From: Candidatus Latescibacterota bacterium
GTDB lineage: Bacteria; Latescibacterota; UBA2968; GCA-2709665
Assembly: GCA_965248435.1 (NCBI GenBank)
Contig: OZ252100.1
Coordinates: 3,072,001 to 3,136,000 of the forward strand
Length of the DNA stretch: 64,000 nt
Reading direction: 5' to 3'
Shown: piece after piece, positions 20,158 to 30,397 of the stretch
How positions within the stretch are numbered: position 1 is the first letter of the stretch
Layout: each line of letters opens with the position of its first letter
The notes under the pieces: model-generated
Database searches by the model: none
What the model was told of the DNA's origin: nothing
Seen by the model: only the letters and a program-made list of their open reading frames with translations
Made by a program: the position numbers and the translations under genes

Positions 20158-20433
20158 TTATCCTCCCTCGAGGTCTTTGAGTTCCTTATCCAGTTTCGGG
20201 ATGCGTTTTTCCAGCCGATCCTTCCGTCTGGTGACATTCCTTTCCTTTCCCTGCGCGATGATCTTTTCGTTCGTAACCGTCTTCAGGTGGCTGCGGAGGG
20301 TGCGCACTTCAGATTCGACGGAGGCCAGCCGTTCCCGGACGCGCACGACGCGGATCGTCGTCAAGTATTTAACGAGTACGCTGGCCAGCATCGCGACGAC
20401 GAGTACGAGACCTGTAACCAGCTCAACACTCAT
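20158..20433 (-). CDS. Small membrane-anchored coiled-coil protein of unknown function
   Basis: ATG start, one N-terminal TM helix, then a basic heptad-pattern helix; co-oriented 11 bp after hom. Confidence 0.7.
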   Translation of the reverse strand: MSVELVTGLVLVVAMLASVLVKYLTTIRVVRVRERLASVESEVRTLRSHLKTVTNEKIIAQGKERNVTRRKDRLEKRIPKLDKELKDLEGG

Positions 20434-20444
20434 TGAAGGCGCTC

Positions 20445-21752
20445 CTAAGGCTGAACGATGCGAATGACCTGCGGGTCTTCGGTGACGACGGGCAGGTTCC
20501 CTATCTCCTGCATGGACTTACGCATCCCGGCCTCTTTGGCTTCGTGCGTGGTCATGATGAGTGGGACGGTTCCTTCCTCGGTTTCAGAGCGTCCTTGCTG
20601 AATAACCGTTGCGATACTGATCCCGTGATCGGAAAAGATTCTGGATATCTGGGCCAGGACCCCGGGCCTGTCGTGGACAGTAAACCGACAGTAAAAGCTG
20701 ATTTCGAGGTCTTGAGGAGGCACGACACGTGCTGCCGGAAGGTCGGCCAGTGTGGGACGCTGAACGCCCCTGCCTGACAAGCTGTGCTTAGCAACGTCCA
20801 GGATATCTGCGACGACGGCGCTCGCCGTCGGAAGCTGCCCGGCGCCTCGGCCGTGGAAAACCTGGGGCCCGACCGCGTCTCCGACGACCTCCACGGCATT
20901 GAATTCATCCTTGATATTGGCGAGGAGTGCAGAAGCCGGCAGGAGGGCTGGGTGAACTCTGGCTTCGATGCGCCGCTCTGACGCTTTTGCGACCGCGAGA
21001 AGCTTGATCGTGTAGCCGAGCTCCCTGGCGAATTCGAGATCCAAGGGTGTGATGTGCGATATCCCCTCTTTGAGGATCTGTTCCGGTGAGAGGCTGACGC
21101 GAAAAGCGATCCGGCAAAGCAAAGCGAGCTTTTGAGCAGCGTCGCTTCCGTCTATGTCGAGTGTGGGATCGGCTTCCGCATAGCCCTCTTTCTGGGCGGC
21201 CACGAGCATCTCATCGAAGCTGCGTCCCTGGTCGGTCATGCGAGTCAGTATGTAGTTCGACGTACCGTTCAGAATGCCAAAGATCGACTCCACGCGGTTC
21301 GCGGCTAAGCCGTCCAAAAGACTGCGGATAATGGGGATGCCTCCGCATACGCTGGCCTCGAACGCCAGTTCAACGCCATTTCGGTCAGCGGCCTCGAAGA
21401 GGTCGTCCCCCCGTTCTGCAAGGAGGGCCTTGTTGGCGGTGACCACGTCTTTACCTGCCTCGAGGGCCTGAAGACACAGCGTGTGAGCGAGCTCCGTCCC
21501 ACCCATCAATTCGACAACGATCTGAACGTTCGGATCGCTTACGACCTCTTCCGGGCTGTTGGTCAAAGCCTCCCGTGGCAACTCCACCGACCGGGGCTTT
21601 GTTCGATCCCTGACTGCGACGCGCTGGATTTTCAGGTCCAGACCGCGGACATCGCGGAAGTCGTCGGTTCGACGCTGAAGGATACTCACAACACCGCTGC
21701 CGACGACGCCAAGGCCGATAATCCCGATTCCGACTGTCTCCGAACGTCCCAT
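20445..21752 (-). CDS. hom: Homoserine dehydrogenase with C-terminal ACT domain
   Basis: 'GLGVVGSG', 'VVTANKA', 'FEASVCGGIPII', 'NGTSNYIL', 'GYAEADPT', 'DRPGVLAQI'. Confidence 0.95.
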   Translation of the reverse strand: MGRSETVGIGIIGLGVVGSGVVSILQRRTDDFRDVRGLDLKIQRVAVRDRTKPRSVELPREALTNSPEEVVSDPNVQIVVELMGGTELAHTLCLQALEAGKDVVTANKALLAERGDDLFEAADRNGVELAFEASVCGGIPIIRSLLDGLAANRVESIFGILNGTSNYILTRMTDQGRSFDEMLVAAQKEGYAEADPTLDIDGSDAAQKLALLCRIAFRVSLSPEQILKEGISHITPLDLEFARELGYTIKLLAVAKASERRIEARVHPALLPASALLANIKDEFNAVEVVGDAVGPQVFHGRGAGQLPTASAVVADILDVAKHSLSGRGVQRPTLADLPAARVVPPQDLEISFYCRFTVHDRPGVLAQISRIFSDHGISIATVIQQGRSETEEGTVPLIMTTHEAKEAGMRKSMQEIGNLPVVTEDPQVIRIVQP

Positions 21753-21871
21753 TTCAAATTTCCGTGGTTTGGGCGCTGCAGGATTTCGAATATACGACAA
21801 TGGGCGAACAGGGGCAATGGCAAGCGTCTTTGATTGCCCCGCTTGATTCGTTTCGGTAGTTGCGAAAAATC

Positions 21872-21901
21872 TTGACAGCATACAGCGCGGTTTGTTAAGT
21901 T
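21872..21901 (+). promoter_or_regulatory. Promoter for tRNA-Asp
   Basis: TTGACA (21872-21877), 18 bp spacer, TG-n-TAAGTT. Confidence 0.55.
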
Positions 21902-21965
21902 TAGCCCTTCATTGCCTGTGGCACCTCTTGAGATTACCCAAAGAGGGGTTATGCCTGAAGGGTGT

Positions 21966-22043
21966 GGGGTAGTAGCTCAGTCGGTTCAGAGTGCCGGCCT
22001 GTCACGCCGGAGGTCGCGGGTTCGAGTCCCGTCTGCCCCGCCA
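21966..22043 (+). tRNA. tRNA-Asp(GTC)
   Basis: Acceptor stem GGGGTAG/CTGCCCC, anticodon arm CCGGC-CTGTCAC-GCCGG, T-loop GGTTCGAGTCC, encoded CCA. Confidence 0.97.
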
Positions 22044-22068
22044 GCTTTCATTCGATCCATTCAGTCCT

Positions 22069-22103
22069 CTCGACGTCTGAGGTTGCAGACGTCGAGTTTT
22101 TTT
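22069..22103 (+). terminator. Intrinsic terminator after tRNA-Asp
   Basis: CTCGACGTCTG / CAGACGTCGAG 11-bp stem followed by T7. Confidence 0.85.
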
Positions 22104-22149
22104 GTGGTTGGCGCAAGAACCCGACCGCTCACCCGCGAAGAAGGAAATC

Positions 22150-25100
22150 GTGTCCGTTCAACGACTATATAACCGGATGAAACATTCCGGACCGTTTCTG
22201 GAGCTCGCTTCACGGCTTGAGTCGGGTGTGCAGGAGATTTCGATCCGAGGGGCATCCGGATCGCTCTCGGCATTCGCGGCCACTTGTGTGGAGGAGGCCG
22301 TATCGGGACCCGCCCTGCTCGTCTGTTCGGATGACGACAAGGCCGACGCGCTGCGAGATGATTTGGAGCGAATTCTGGGGTCCGAACGCGTTGGGTTCTT
22401 TCCTGCCTGGGGTGTATCACCCTATGACGGGCGATCTCCTCACCTGGACGTGATGGGGCTCCGGATCGAGGCACTGGAGCAGGCCCGGGAGGGTAGGGAC
22501 GGCATCATCGTCGCGCCGGTCGGGGCGCTGACAGGGCATACGATCCCTCCGGAGGTTTTCGATCGAGCGGTTCAATCCGTTAAGGTCGGAAAAGAGACTT
22601 CGCTGGAACGTCTCACTGCGCATCTCGTTGAAATCGGCTACGAGCGGGTGCCGATGGTGGATAGCGTGGGTCAATTCAGCGTCCGTGGGGGCATCCTGGA
22701 CGTCTGTTCGTTCGGTCATTCTCACCCACTGCGCGTGGAGTTTTTTGGAGACGAGGTCACTTCCATCCGACGGTTCGACCTGACCTCGCAGAGATCCGTG
22801 GAAGAGATCCAGTCGTGTCGGATGCTGCCGTGTAGGGAGGCTGTTCTTGGCGACACCCTTGCAGAGCGCATGGAGACAAACCTGGGTCTTGCCGAGGAGC
22901 GGTTCGGTGTCGAATTTCCGATCCTGCGGGAGACACTGGAACACCAGGGGTTGTTCGACGGCCTCGAGCACTATATCGGGATCCTCTATGGGGAAGAGAC
23001 GAGCCTTCTAGATCACCTGCCCGAGGGCTGTGTCGTCGTTGTAGATGATCCAGAAGCCCTCCCTGCATCTGTGGAGGAGCTGTGGACCCAGATTGCCCGG
23101 ACCGCAGAACGGCAGGTGCCGCACCGTGGTCAACCTGAGCCTTTGCCTGCCGAAGGGGCGATGCGGAACCCGGACGTGGTTGTTAAAAGGCTCCAGGGGA
23201 TGCGGCGCGTTTTGATTCGGCCCGTGGGAGGAGGGGATGGAGATGTGATCGACTTTGCGGGTACAGGCGGGCGGCGCTATGAGGGCCACCTCCAGGTTCT
23301 TATGGAGGACATTGACCAGTTCTGGCGGAAGGATTACGAAATCGCGCTCCTTTGCGAAAGCCGTGGACAGCAGGCGCGCTTCGAGGAACTTCTGGAAGAG
23401 CGCGCAGGCTTGGTTTCGATCTACGTCGGGACGCTTCACGGCGGTTTCGCGTATGCCCCATCCCGCGTGCTTGTCCTGAACGACCACGAGATTTACAGCC
23501 GGAATCTGAGACGACGCCGGTACCGCCGTTTCCAGGACAGCACGCCGATAAAAACGCTTTCCGCCCTCCAAAGGAACGATTTTGTCGTTCACGTGGATTA
23601 TGGGATCGGCCGCTATGATGGGATCGAACACCTTACGGTTGACGGCGTCAGCCGGGACTGCCTGAAGGTCCACTATAGAGATGGCGACCGCGTGTTCGTC
23701 CCCGTGGAACAGATGGATCGCGTTCAGAAGTACACCAGCCAGGAAGGCGCTGTCCCCATCCTGAACAAACTCGGCACGGCCGCCTGGGAACGCCTGAAGG
23801 CGCGTACCAAGAAGGAAATCTTCAAAATGGCGGCAGAGCTGGTTTCCCTTTACGCTGAGCGGAAGGCGAGGCCGGGTATCGCCTTTTCCCAGGATACGTC
23901 GCTGCAAAAGGGCCTGGAGGCTTCATTCCCCTATCAAGAAACGCGGGATCAACTCCAGGCGATCGTGGATATGAAGGGAGATATGGAGCGGGCTACGCCG
24001 ATGGACAGGCTGATTTGCGGCGATGTGGGATACGGAAAGACGGAAGTCGCGATCCGCGCCTCTTTCAAGGCGGTGTCTGACGGGAAGCAGGTAGCCATCC
24101 TTGCGCCGACGACAATCCTCGCCCAGCAGCATTTCCGGACTTTTCAGGAGCGCATGCACGACCTGCCCGTAACGATCGATGTATTGAGTCGGTTTCGGAC
24201 GAAAGCGGAGCAGCAAAGGGTCGTGGATAGGCTGAATTCGGGTCACGTGGATGTGGCCATCGGCACGCACAGGCTACTCTCCAAGGATGTGACCTTTAAA
24301 GATCTCGGTCTCCTGGTGATCGACGAAGAGCATCGTTTCGGGGTTCGGCAGAAGGAGCGCCTGAAGCAGTTGAAACGACTCGTGGATGTCCTGACCTTGA
24401 CGGCGACCCCGATCCCAAGGACGCTTCACATGTCGCTGATGAAGGCAAGGGACATGTCGATCATTCAGACGCCGCCCAAAGACCGGCTGCCGATTCGCAC
24501 GGAAGTGCTGCCGTTCAGCGACGAACGGGTTGCTGAGGCCATCTTGAGGGAGGTGGACCGGGGAGGCCAGGTCTACTTCGTGCACAACCGGGTGCAGTCG
24601 ATGCCGGCAGTATTGAATTTCCTGGAGGAGCTGCTGCCACAGATCAGGTTCGGGGTGGGACACGGTCAGATGCCGGAACGACAACTCGAGAAAGTGATGG
24701 TCGACTTTCTGGAAGGGAAGTATGACTGCCTGGTTTCCACGATGATCATCGAGTCCGGCTTGGATATCCCGAGTGTGAACACGCTGATCGTGAACCGGGC
24801 GGATCGGCTCGGCCTCGCGCAGCTTTATCAGCTGCGAGGTCGTGTTGGTCGCTCCAACCGCCAGGCCTATTCCTATCTCCTGATTCCGTCGTGGAAGACG
24901 CTTTCGCGAACGGCCGTGAAGCGGCTGAGGGCGATCGAGGAGTTTTCAGACCTTGGATCCGGATTTCACATCTCGATGCGTGACTTGGAGATTCGGGGGA
25001 CAGGAAACCTCCTGGGCGTCCAACAGCACGGGCATATCGTTGCCATCGGGTTTGATTTGTACTGTCGCCTGCTGGACGAGGCGGTTCGGGAGATCAAGGG

Positions 25101-25557
25101 GGAGGAGATCGATCCCGCGATTGAACCCGATGTGCAGGTCTCCGTCTCTGCGTTCATCCCGGAGGATTTCGTGCCGGATCCAGACCAGAAGATGGAGTTC
25201 TACCAGCGCCTGGGTCAGGTTAAAAGGACGGTCGAAGTACTCGCAGTCGAGGAAGAGCTGGAGGACCGGTTCGGACCCCTCCCAGGTCCTGCCGCTGCCC
25301 TGCTGGACACGATTCAGGTCAAGATTCTGGCGAGGCAGCTCCGGTTGAGCGCGGTTCAGATCAGGGAGTCGCTGACGGTGACCTTTCCGCCGGAACGGAT
25401 GCTGAGTCGGGGGAATGTGGAGGAGATGGTGAGGCGCTCCCCTCTCCCGCTTCAGTTCTTCCTGGGGGACGAGGCGAGGATCGAGGTGATGCTCGAGGGG
25501 AAGGGGCAGCGCGAGTGCCTGGCCTCGGCGAAGAAGGTGCTGGAGAGCCTCGTCTAA
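22150..25557 (+). CDS. mfd: Transcription-repair coupling factor
   Basis: UvrB-like N-terminus 'FSVRGGILD', CarD/RID 'VVHVDYGIGRY', 'GDVGYGKTE', 'DEEHRFG', 'QLRGRVGRS', TRCF C-terminus. Start GTG 22150 after AAGGA. Confidence 0.97.
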   Translation: MSVQRLYNRMKHSGPFLELASRLESGVQEISIRGASGSLSAFAATCVEEAVSGPALLVCSDDDKADALRDDLERILGSERVGFFPAWGVSPYDGRSPHLDVMGLRIEALEQAREGRDGIIVAPVGALTGHTIPPEVFDRAVQSVKVGKETSLERLTAHLVEIGYERVPMVDSVGQFSVRGGILDVCSFGHSHPLRVEFFGDEVTSIRRFDLTSQRSVEEIQSCRMLPCREAVLGDTLAERMETNLGLAEERFGVEFPILRETLEHQGLFDGLEHYIGILYGEETSLLDHLPEGCVVVVDDPEALPASVEELWTQIARTAERQVPHRGQPEPLPAEGAMRNPDVVVKRLQGMRRVLIRPVGGGDGDVIDFAGTGGRRYEGHLQVLMEDIDQFWRKDYEIALLCESRGQQARFEELLEERAGLVSIYVGTLHGGFAYAPSRVLVLNDHEIYSRNLRRRRYRRFQDSTPIKTLSALQRNDFVVHVDYGIGRYDGIEHLTVDGVSRDCLKVHYRDGDRVFVPVEQMDRVQKYTSQEGAVPILNKLGTAAWERLKARTKKEIFKMAAELVSLYAERKARPGIAFSQDTSLQKGLEASFPYQETRDQLQAIVDMKGDMERATPMDRLICGDVGYGKTEVAIRASFKAVSDGKQVAILAPTTILAQQHFRTFQERMHDLPVTIDVLSRFRTKAEQQRVVDRLNSGHVDVAIGTHRLLSKDVTFKDLGLLVIDEEHRFGVRQKERLKQLKRLVDVLTLTATPIPRTLHMSLMKARDMSIIQTPPKDRLPIRTEVLPFSDERVAEAILREVDRGGQVYFVHNRVQSMPAVLNFLEELLPQIRFGVGHGQMPERQLEKVMVDFLEGKYDCLVSTMIIESGLDIPSVNTLIVNRADRLGLAQLYQLRGRVGRSNRQAYSYLLIPSWKTLSRTAVKRLRAIEEFSDLGSGFHISMRDLEIRGTGNLLGVQQHGHIVAIGFDLYCRLLDEAVREIKGEEIDPAIEPDVQVSVSAFIPEDFVPDPDQKMEFYQRLGQVKRTVEVLAVEEELEDRFGPLPGPAAALLDTIQVKILARQLRLSAVQIRESLTVTFPPERMLSRGNVEEMVRRSPLPLQFFLGDEARIEVMLEGKGQRECLASAKKVLESLV

Positions 25558-25642
25558 GGCTGTGTCCGGGACTTTCTTTGCTGGTGAAATGTTGTATATT
25601 GGCTGCTGTTAGACCGGGTTCCGGAGAGGGCAAAAACTACCG

Positions 25643-26416
25643 ATGCGAAAAAACTGGGTCCGCCAGAAATTACGAGCCGGCGAGCCGACGATCGGGGCGC
25701 TGTTGGGCCTCGGCAGCCCAAACGTGGCGGAATTGATGGCGCACGCGGGCTACGATTGGCTCGTTGTCGAAACCGAACACAGCGCATTGGATTCGGCGCA
25801 GGTGGAGCACATGCTGATGGCGATGAACGGCAGCGAGACGATTCCCATTGCCCGCGTGCCGTCGGCAGATCCGGTCACGATCCAAAGAGCATTGGACATC
25901 GGCGCGATGGGTATCCTCGTACCCATGGTCCGAACGGCGGCGGAAGCCGAAGCGATTGTGAGCGCCACGCGCTATCCTCCCGAAGGTATGCGCGGCTTTG
26001 GTCCCCTGCGCGCCTCGAACTACACGCTGGATTACGACGATTATCTTGCATCTGCAAATGAAAACATTCTGGTGGCCCTGATACTGGAAACGAAAGAGGC
26101 GCTGGAAAACCTCGAAGAGATCGTGTCCGTGCCAGGAGTAGACGCGCTCTTCTTGGGTCTTTTTGATCTGTGCTTATCGATGGGTTTGAACCCGATGCAG
26201 ATGCCGTTTGAAGAGATCGATGCGGCGATCGAAAGGGCGCTGGCCGTATGCAAGAAGAGTGGGGTGGCGATCGGGATTGGATCGAGCACGCCAGAGGACC
26301 TGCGGCGTCGACGCGAGGAGGGCTTTACCTTTCAGGTTTACGGTACCGATTACAAGTTGCTGGGGGATGCTGCCCGCATCGGCATCCAAGCTTTCCAAAA
26401 TCTGCGTGACGCTTAA
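25643..26416 (+). CDS. HpcH/HpaI class II pyruvate aldolase family protein
   Basis: 'ETEHS', 'ARVP', 'RYPPEGMRG', 'ILET', 'GLFDL'. Confidence 0.9.
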   Translation: MRKNWVRQKLRAGEPTIGALLGLGSPNVAELMAHAGYDWLVVETEHSALDSAQVEHMLMAMNGSETIPIARVPSADPVTIQRALDIGAMGILVPMVRTAAEAEAIVSATRYPPEGMRGFGPLRASNYTLDYDDYLASANENILVALILETKEALENLEEIVSVPGVDALFLGLFDLCLSMGLNPMQMPFEEIDAAIERALAVCKKSGVAIGIGSSTPEDLRRRREEGFTFQVYGTDYKLLGDAARIGIQAFQNLRDA

Positions 26417-26439
26417 GTGCGACCTTTTAGTGGATTACT

Positions 26440-27435
26440 GTGATGCCACCGTCTGATCTTTCACCGATGATCGACTCGATGATCGACGCGGAGAACGCGC
26501 CGCTTCTACGGGAGCGAATGCAAGCCGAAGGCTATCTGTTCTTTGGGCAACTGGTCGATCCGCAGCGAGCGCTCGAGGTCAAACAGGACATCATGGCGAT
26601 CCTGCGAGCGCATTACATCATCGAGGATGATGGTGCGCCGGACCCGATGTGGAGCGGCGGGCCCCAGCCGACGGAAGCGGAATACATGGCCGTCTACGAC
26701 AAGATCGTGCGGCTTGAATCGTTTCAAAGGCTCGCTGAGTCTCCGGAGACGGTCGCCGTCCTGGAGGCTGTTTGTGAAGGACCGGTTCAGGTCTGGGAGC
26801 AGCAGTTGGTTCGCCTTGTCTACCCCAACCCGGAAACGGCGTCGGCTCAGGGTATCGGTGCCCATCAGGATGGCGATCCCAAGTTGGGCTACAAGGCCGG
26901 CCGCTTCTACACCTGCTGGATTTCGCTGATGCACATTGATTCGACGATCGGTGGTCTGGCGGTTGCGCCGAGGTCGCACACCTTGGGCCTGCTGAAGAGC
27001 GCAGGCAGCGTGTCCAGCTCGGCCAAAGATGTCGAGTCGGATGACTATGGGCTGGATGCCAGCGAGCTTGAGTGGGCTGCGGCGGATTACAGTCCTGGCA
27101 GCGCAGTGATATTCGCCAATCGGACGGCGCACCGGGGTTTGTCGAATCACTCCGATCGAATTCGGCTATCGTGCGATTTTCGTTATCAGCCCGCCAGCGA
27201 CACGGCCAGCTGGCTCGCCCATACGCTGGGGCCGGATGTACGCCGCGTCTGCCAGCAAATTGATGAAACCCTTTCGGGGCGTGCACTCTATGTGACCACG
27301 CACCCGACGCCGGAGGTTCTAGACGAGGTTCGCCGGCGAATGTTGGAAGAGAGGAGTACCACGTTTTGTCGGGCTCAGGAGTTGGTACGCAAGATGAGAG
27401 CGGAGAAGTCGGAGGTGGACTATGAACGGCGTTGA
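26440..27435 (+). CDS. PhyH-family Fe(II)/2-oxoglutarate dioxygenase
   Basis: 'EGYLFF', HxD 'AHQDG', 'GGLAVAPRSH', distal 'TAHRG..N.SDRIRLSCDFRYQ'. Confidence 0.88.
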   Translation: MMPPSDLSPMIDSMIDAENAPLLRERMQAEGYLFFGQLVDPQRALEVKQDIMAILRAHYIIEDDGAPDPMWSGGPQPTEAEYMAVYDKIVRLESFQRLAESPETVAVLEAVCEGPVQVWEQQLVRLVYPNPETASAQGIGAHQDGDPKLGYKAGRFYTCWISLMHIDSTIGGLAVAPRSHTLGLLKSAGSVSSSAKDVESDDYGLDASELEWAAADYSPGSAVIFANRTAHRGLSNHSDRIRLSCDFRYQPASDTASWLAHTLGPDVRRVCQQIDETLSGRALYVTTHPTPEVLDEVRRRMLEERSTTFCRAQELVRKMRAEKSEVDYERR

Positions 27436-28210
27436 AAAGATCCGGGCCAAGTGGGCCCGCGGTGAAGTGGTCATCGGCACCAGTGTCAGTTTCGCCGACC
27501 CGGCCGTGACCGAGCTGACGTGCGAAACCGGAATCGACATGATCTTCATCGATCTGGAGCACGGCCTACTGAACCTCCACCAGGCGCTGGCGCACGTGAT
27601 GGTTGCACGCGGGCAGGACGTCCCTATGGTGCTTCGGGTGCCGACCTATGACCCGGTGGTGATCAAGCCCATTCTCGAGCTGCACCCTGCTGCCATCATC
27701 ATTCCGCGCATCACCAACGAGCAGGAGACGGCGCTTGCCATTTCCGGATGCAAGTACCCGCCGAAGGGTGTCCGCGGCTTTGGCCCGGCCCGCGGCATCG
27801 GGTACGGCCGGATCTCCCAGCAGGAGTTTCTCAAGGATGCGGACGAGCAGACCATGGTGTGGATCCAGATTGAAGACATCGCCGCGGTCAACAGCCTCGA
27901 CGCGATCCTGGACACGCCCGGCATCGATTCTATCATGCTCGGCCCCAATGATTTGTCCGGCTCCATGGGCATGTTGGGGCAGACGGCTCACCCAGATGTG
28001 TTGAAGGCCATAGACACGGTGATCGAGAAGTGCAAGGCGCGGCAGATTCCGGTGGGCGTGGGCGCCGGGTTCGACCCTCAGCGCGTCCGGGACTTCATCG
28101 ACAAAGGCCTGAGCTGGGTACAGTTGAACTGCGATTGGGGAACGCTCTTTGCGGCCACAAAAGACATGGTGGATCGGGTGCGCGAGATTGAGCAGGACGT
28201 AAAATCGTAG
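27422..28210 (+). CDS. HpcH/HpaI aldolase family protein
   Basis: 'IDLEHG', 'LRVP', 'KYPPKGVRG', 'QIED', 'GPNDLS'. Confidence 0.9.
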   Translation: MNGVEKIRAKWARGEVVIGTSVSFADPAVTELTCETGIDMIFIDLEHGLLNLHQALAHVMVARGQDVPMVLRVPTYDPVVIKPILELHPAAIIIPRITNEQETALAISGCKYPPKGVRGFGPARGIGYGRISQQEFLKDADEQTMVWIQIEDIAAVNSLDAILDTPGIDSIMLGPNDLSGSMGMLGQTAHPDVLKAIDTVIEKCKARQIPVGVGAGFDPQRVRDFIDKGLSWVQLNCDWGTLFAATKDMVDRVREIEQDVKS

Positions 28211-28281
28211 TCGTGGGCCCCAGCGCCAGGCCGGAGCCTGTCTCGCGCTTGAGCGCCAGTCTGGCGGCTTAGGATAGAATC

Positions 28282-29181
28282 ATGATCATACGTCACTGGA
28301 TGGATTGCCCCATCGTCAACAATCGGCGGTTGCGCGAATGGCGGATTTTCACCCGACGTCAAGACGATCAGCCCAATGCCGAAACTGGGGAGGTCTGTTT
28401 CGACTTCAACTGTTATGGCCGGGCAGTGGTGATTCCAGGTGTAACAACGGAGCCCGTCGTATACGAGGGTGAAGTCGAAAGTATGTGTGTCGCCAGCGGC
28501 GAGGGGCACCTTGTCGTCCAAGGACAAGACTTTCCGATCCGCGCGGGATCTTCATTTACTGTACCGGCTGGGATCGATCATCATTTCAAGAACGTTGGCT
28601 CGGTGGAACTGGAGCTCATCTTTGGTCGCCGGCCGCCGGCTTCGACGGATCGAGAGTTCGTTCTCACTCACTGGACCGAAGACCACGTGGGCACCGAAAG
28701 GGGCGCTTTCTATCAATCCCACTGGAACTACATCGCAAGAGGGCCAGTCGGCGAGGTCCACTTCGGGGATATTCCGCCGCATAAGTTCGGCCAACCCCAC
28801 AACCACGTCCCTGTTGTGGATGAGATCTGGTACATCCAGCGAGGCGATTGTTGGCACTGGATGGGACAGGAGTTCCGACCCCAGTCTCCGGGCACTGCAC
28901 TCTGGCTCGATCCCACTGAGCTACACGCACTGATGAATCCGGGCGAGACCAACGTGGAGTACATATACTGCGGCTCCTGGGCACGCTCACGGGACCGAGA
29001 GCGGCAGCAGAAGGAGGAAGAGGCGTTGCCTGGAACATCCTCAGAGATGGTTGCCGCGTTGGAAGCACGCTTCGATGGTTTGTTCGACGCTTACCGAAAG
29101 ACCAGCTTGAACATCCACGGTATCGATGTGAATTCTCCGCGGATAAAGAGACTGATTCAGGCACTGAAAGAGGTGTGCTGA
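28282..29181 (+). CDS. Bicupin protein with C-terminal helical extension
   Basis: Two cupin motif sets: 'GEG...VPAGIDHHFKN' and 'PHNH...DEIWYI..G...LHALMN'. Confidence 0.75.
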   Translation: MIIRHWMDCPIVNNRRLREWRIFTRRQDDQPNAETGEVCFDFNCYGRAVVIPGVTTEPVVYEGEVESMCVASGEGHLVVQGQDFPIRAGSSFTVPAGIDHHFKNVGSVELELIFGRRPPASTDREFVLTHWTEDHVGTERGAFYQSHWNYIARGPVGEVHFGDIPPHKFGQPHNHVPVVDEIWYIQRGDCWHWMGQEFRPQSPGTALWLDPTELHALMNPGETNVEYIYCGSWARSRDRERQQKEEEALPGTSSEMVAALEARFDGLFDAYRKTSLNIHGIDVNSPRIKRLIQALKEVC

Positions 29182-29239
29182 CACCTGTAGGCTGCTGCGG
29201 TGTTTAATCGGCAGTCTAGAACGCAGGGGGTCCTCGGAA

Positions 29240-30397
29240 ATGACTGTTGCGAAGCCCAAACGGCTGGCTCTCGATGATGTGTTGATCGTTGATTGCGACG
29301 TGCACGCGCACGAGACTCCGGAAACGCTTGCCCCCTACATGGACGCTGAATGGCGTCCAGCGATGGAGAACCTGACCCGCGTCGCGCACCGCTACCTCAA
29401 CCGCCCCGGATTCGCCCCGATCAACCAGCCTGAGCAGCTTGGTTCTGTTTTGCCCAGCCTGGCTCGCCAGCGCACGCAGATCGTCTGGAATGCCGAGCAG
29501 ATGCGGAGTGAGCTGGATGCCCTATCGATCGACGTCGGCGTCATCTTCCCCGATCATTTCTTGAAGATCGCGGCGCTGCCCAATGCCTCCTATGCCAGCG
29601 CGATTGCAAGGGCCTACCACTGCTGGATCAAGGATCATTGGTTACACGAAGACAACGACCTGTATGCGACGATTATCGCAGTACCCCAGGACCCGGAGGA
29701 GGCCGCGCGTGAGATCGCTCGTTGGGCAGGTGACGACCGGTTCACCGGCGTCTACCTCCCGACCAGCGAAGTCTACCCGATGTGGGGCCATCGCAAGTAC
29801 GATGTGATCTTCGAGGCCGCCGAGCAGTACGATCTGCCGCTATTCCTTCATTCGGTCGGTGGGTTTGGATCGGGATTCCCCTTCAACTGCGAGCAGTTCT
29901 ACACGAACATTAGCTCTCACACTGTCAATCACGTGTTTGCGATGATGGGCAACTGGATGAACATGATGGAAACCGGCGTCCCCGTGCGCTATCCTGACCT
30001 GCGGATTTGCTTCGCCGAGTCCGGCCTCACCTGGGTGCCATTCCTGCGAATGAGGCTGGATAAGGAACACGCCGAGAACCGTCGTCTGTGGCCCCACTTC
30101 AACGACCGGCCCAGTAAATGGATGCGAAAGTTCTACTTCTCAACCCAACCGGTCGAAGAACCGGAAAACCGGCAGGACCTGGTTGACATCATCCGTATCT
30201 ACGACGGCGAAGATACGACGGTGTTCGCCTCTGACTGGCCCCACCACGATTTCGACCACCCCAGTGTTGTGTTTAAACTTCCGGTTTCTGACGAAATGAA
30301 GCGGAAGCTGATGGGGGCCAACGCGCTGAGGCTGATGCCCAGAATAAAGGTCCCGATCAAGTATCAGGGAGCGTCTCGCTCGGGAGAATCGCTCTGA
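29240..30397 (+). CDS. Amidohydrolase_2-fold protein; candidate catalytic subunit of a dinuclear monooxygenase
   Basis: 'DCDVHAHE', 'FLHS', 'FAESG..W', 'ASDWPHHDFD'; TGATG overlap with the Rieske gene. Confidence 0.8.
   Translation: MTVAKPKRLALDDVLIVDCDVHAHETPETLAPYMDAEWRPAMENLTRVAHRYLNRPGFAPINQPEQLGSVLPSLARQRTQIVWNAEQMRSELDALSIDVGVIFPDHFLKIAALPNASYASAIARAYHCWIKDHWLHEDNDLYATIIAVPQDPEEAAREIARWAGDDRFTGVYLPTSEVYPMWGHRKYDVIFEAAEQYDLPLFLHSVGGFGSGFPFNCEQFYTNISSHTVNHVFAMMGNWMNMMETGVPVRYPDLRICFAESGLTWVPFLRMRLDKEHAENRRLWPHFNDRPSKWMRKFYFSTQPVEEPENRQDLVDIIRIYDGEDTTVFASDWPHHDFDHPSVVFKLPVSDEMKRKLMGANALRLMPRIKVPIKYQGASRSGESL

Noticed and set aside
21966-25643. tRNA-Asp as integration site for the catabolic block
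   Set aside because: Core gene mfd lies between them, and I saw no integrase or duplicated tRNA 3' end.
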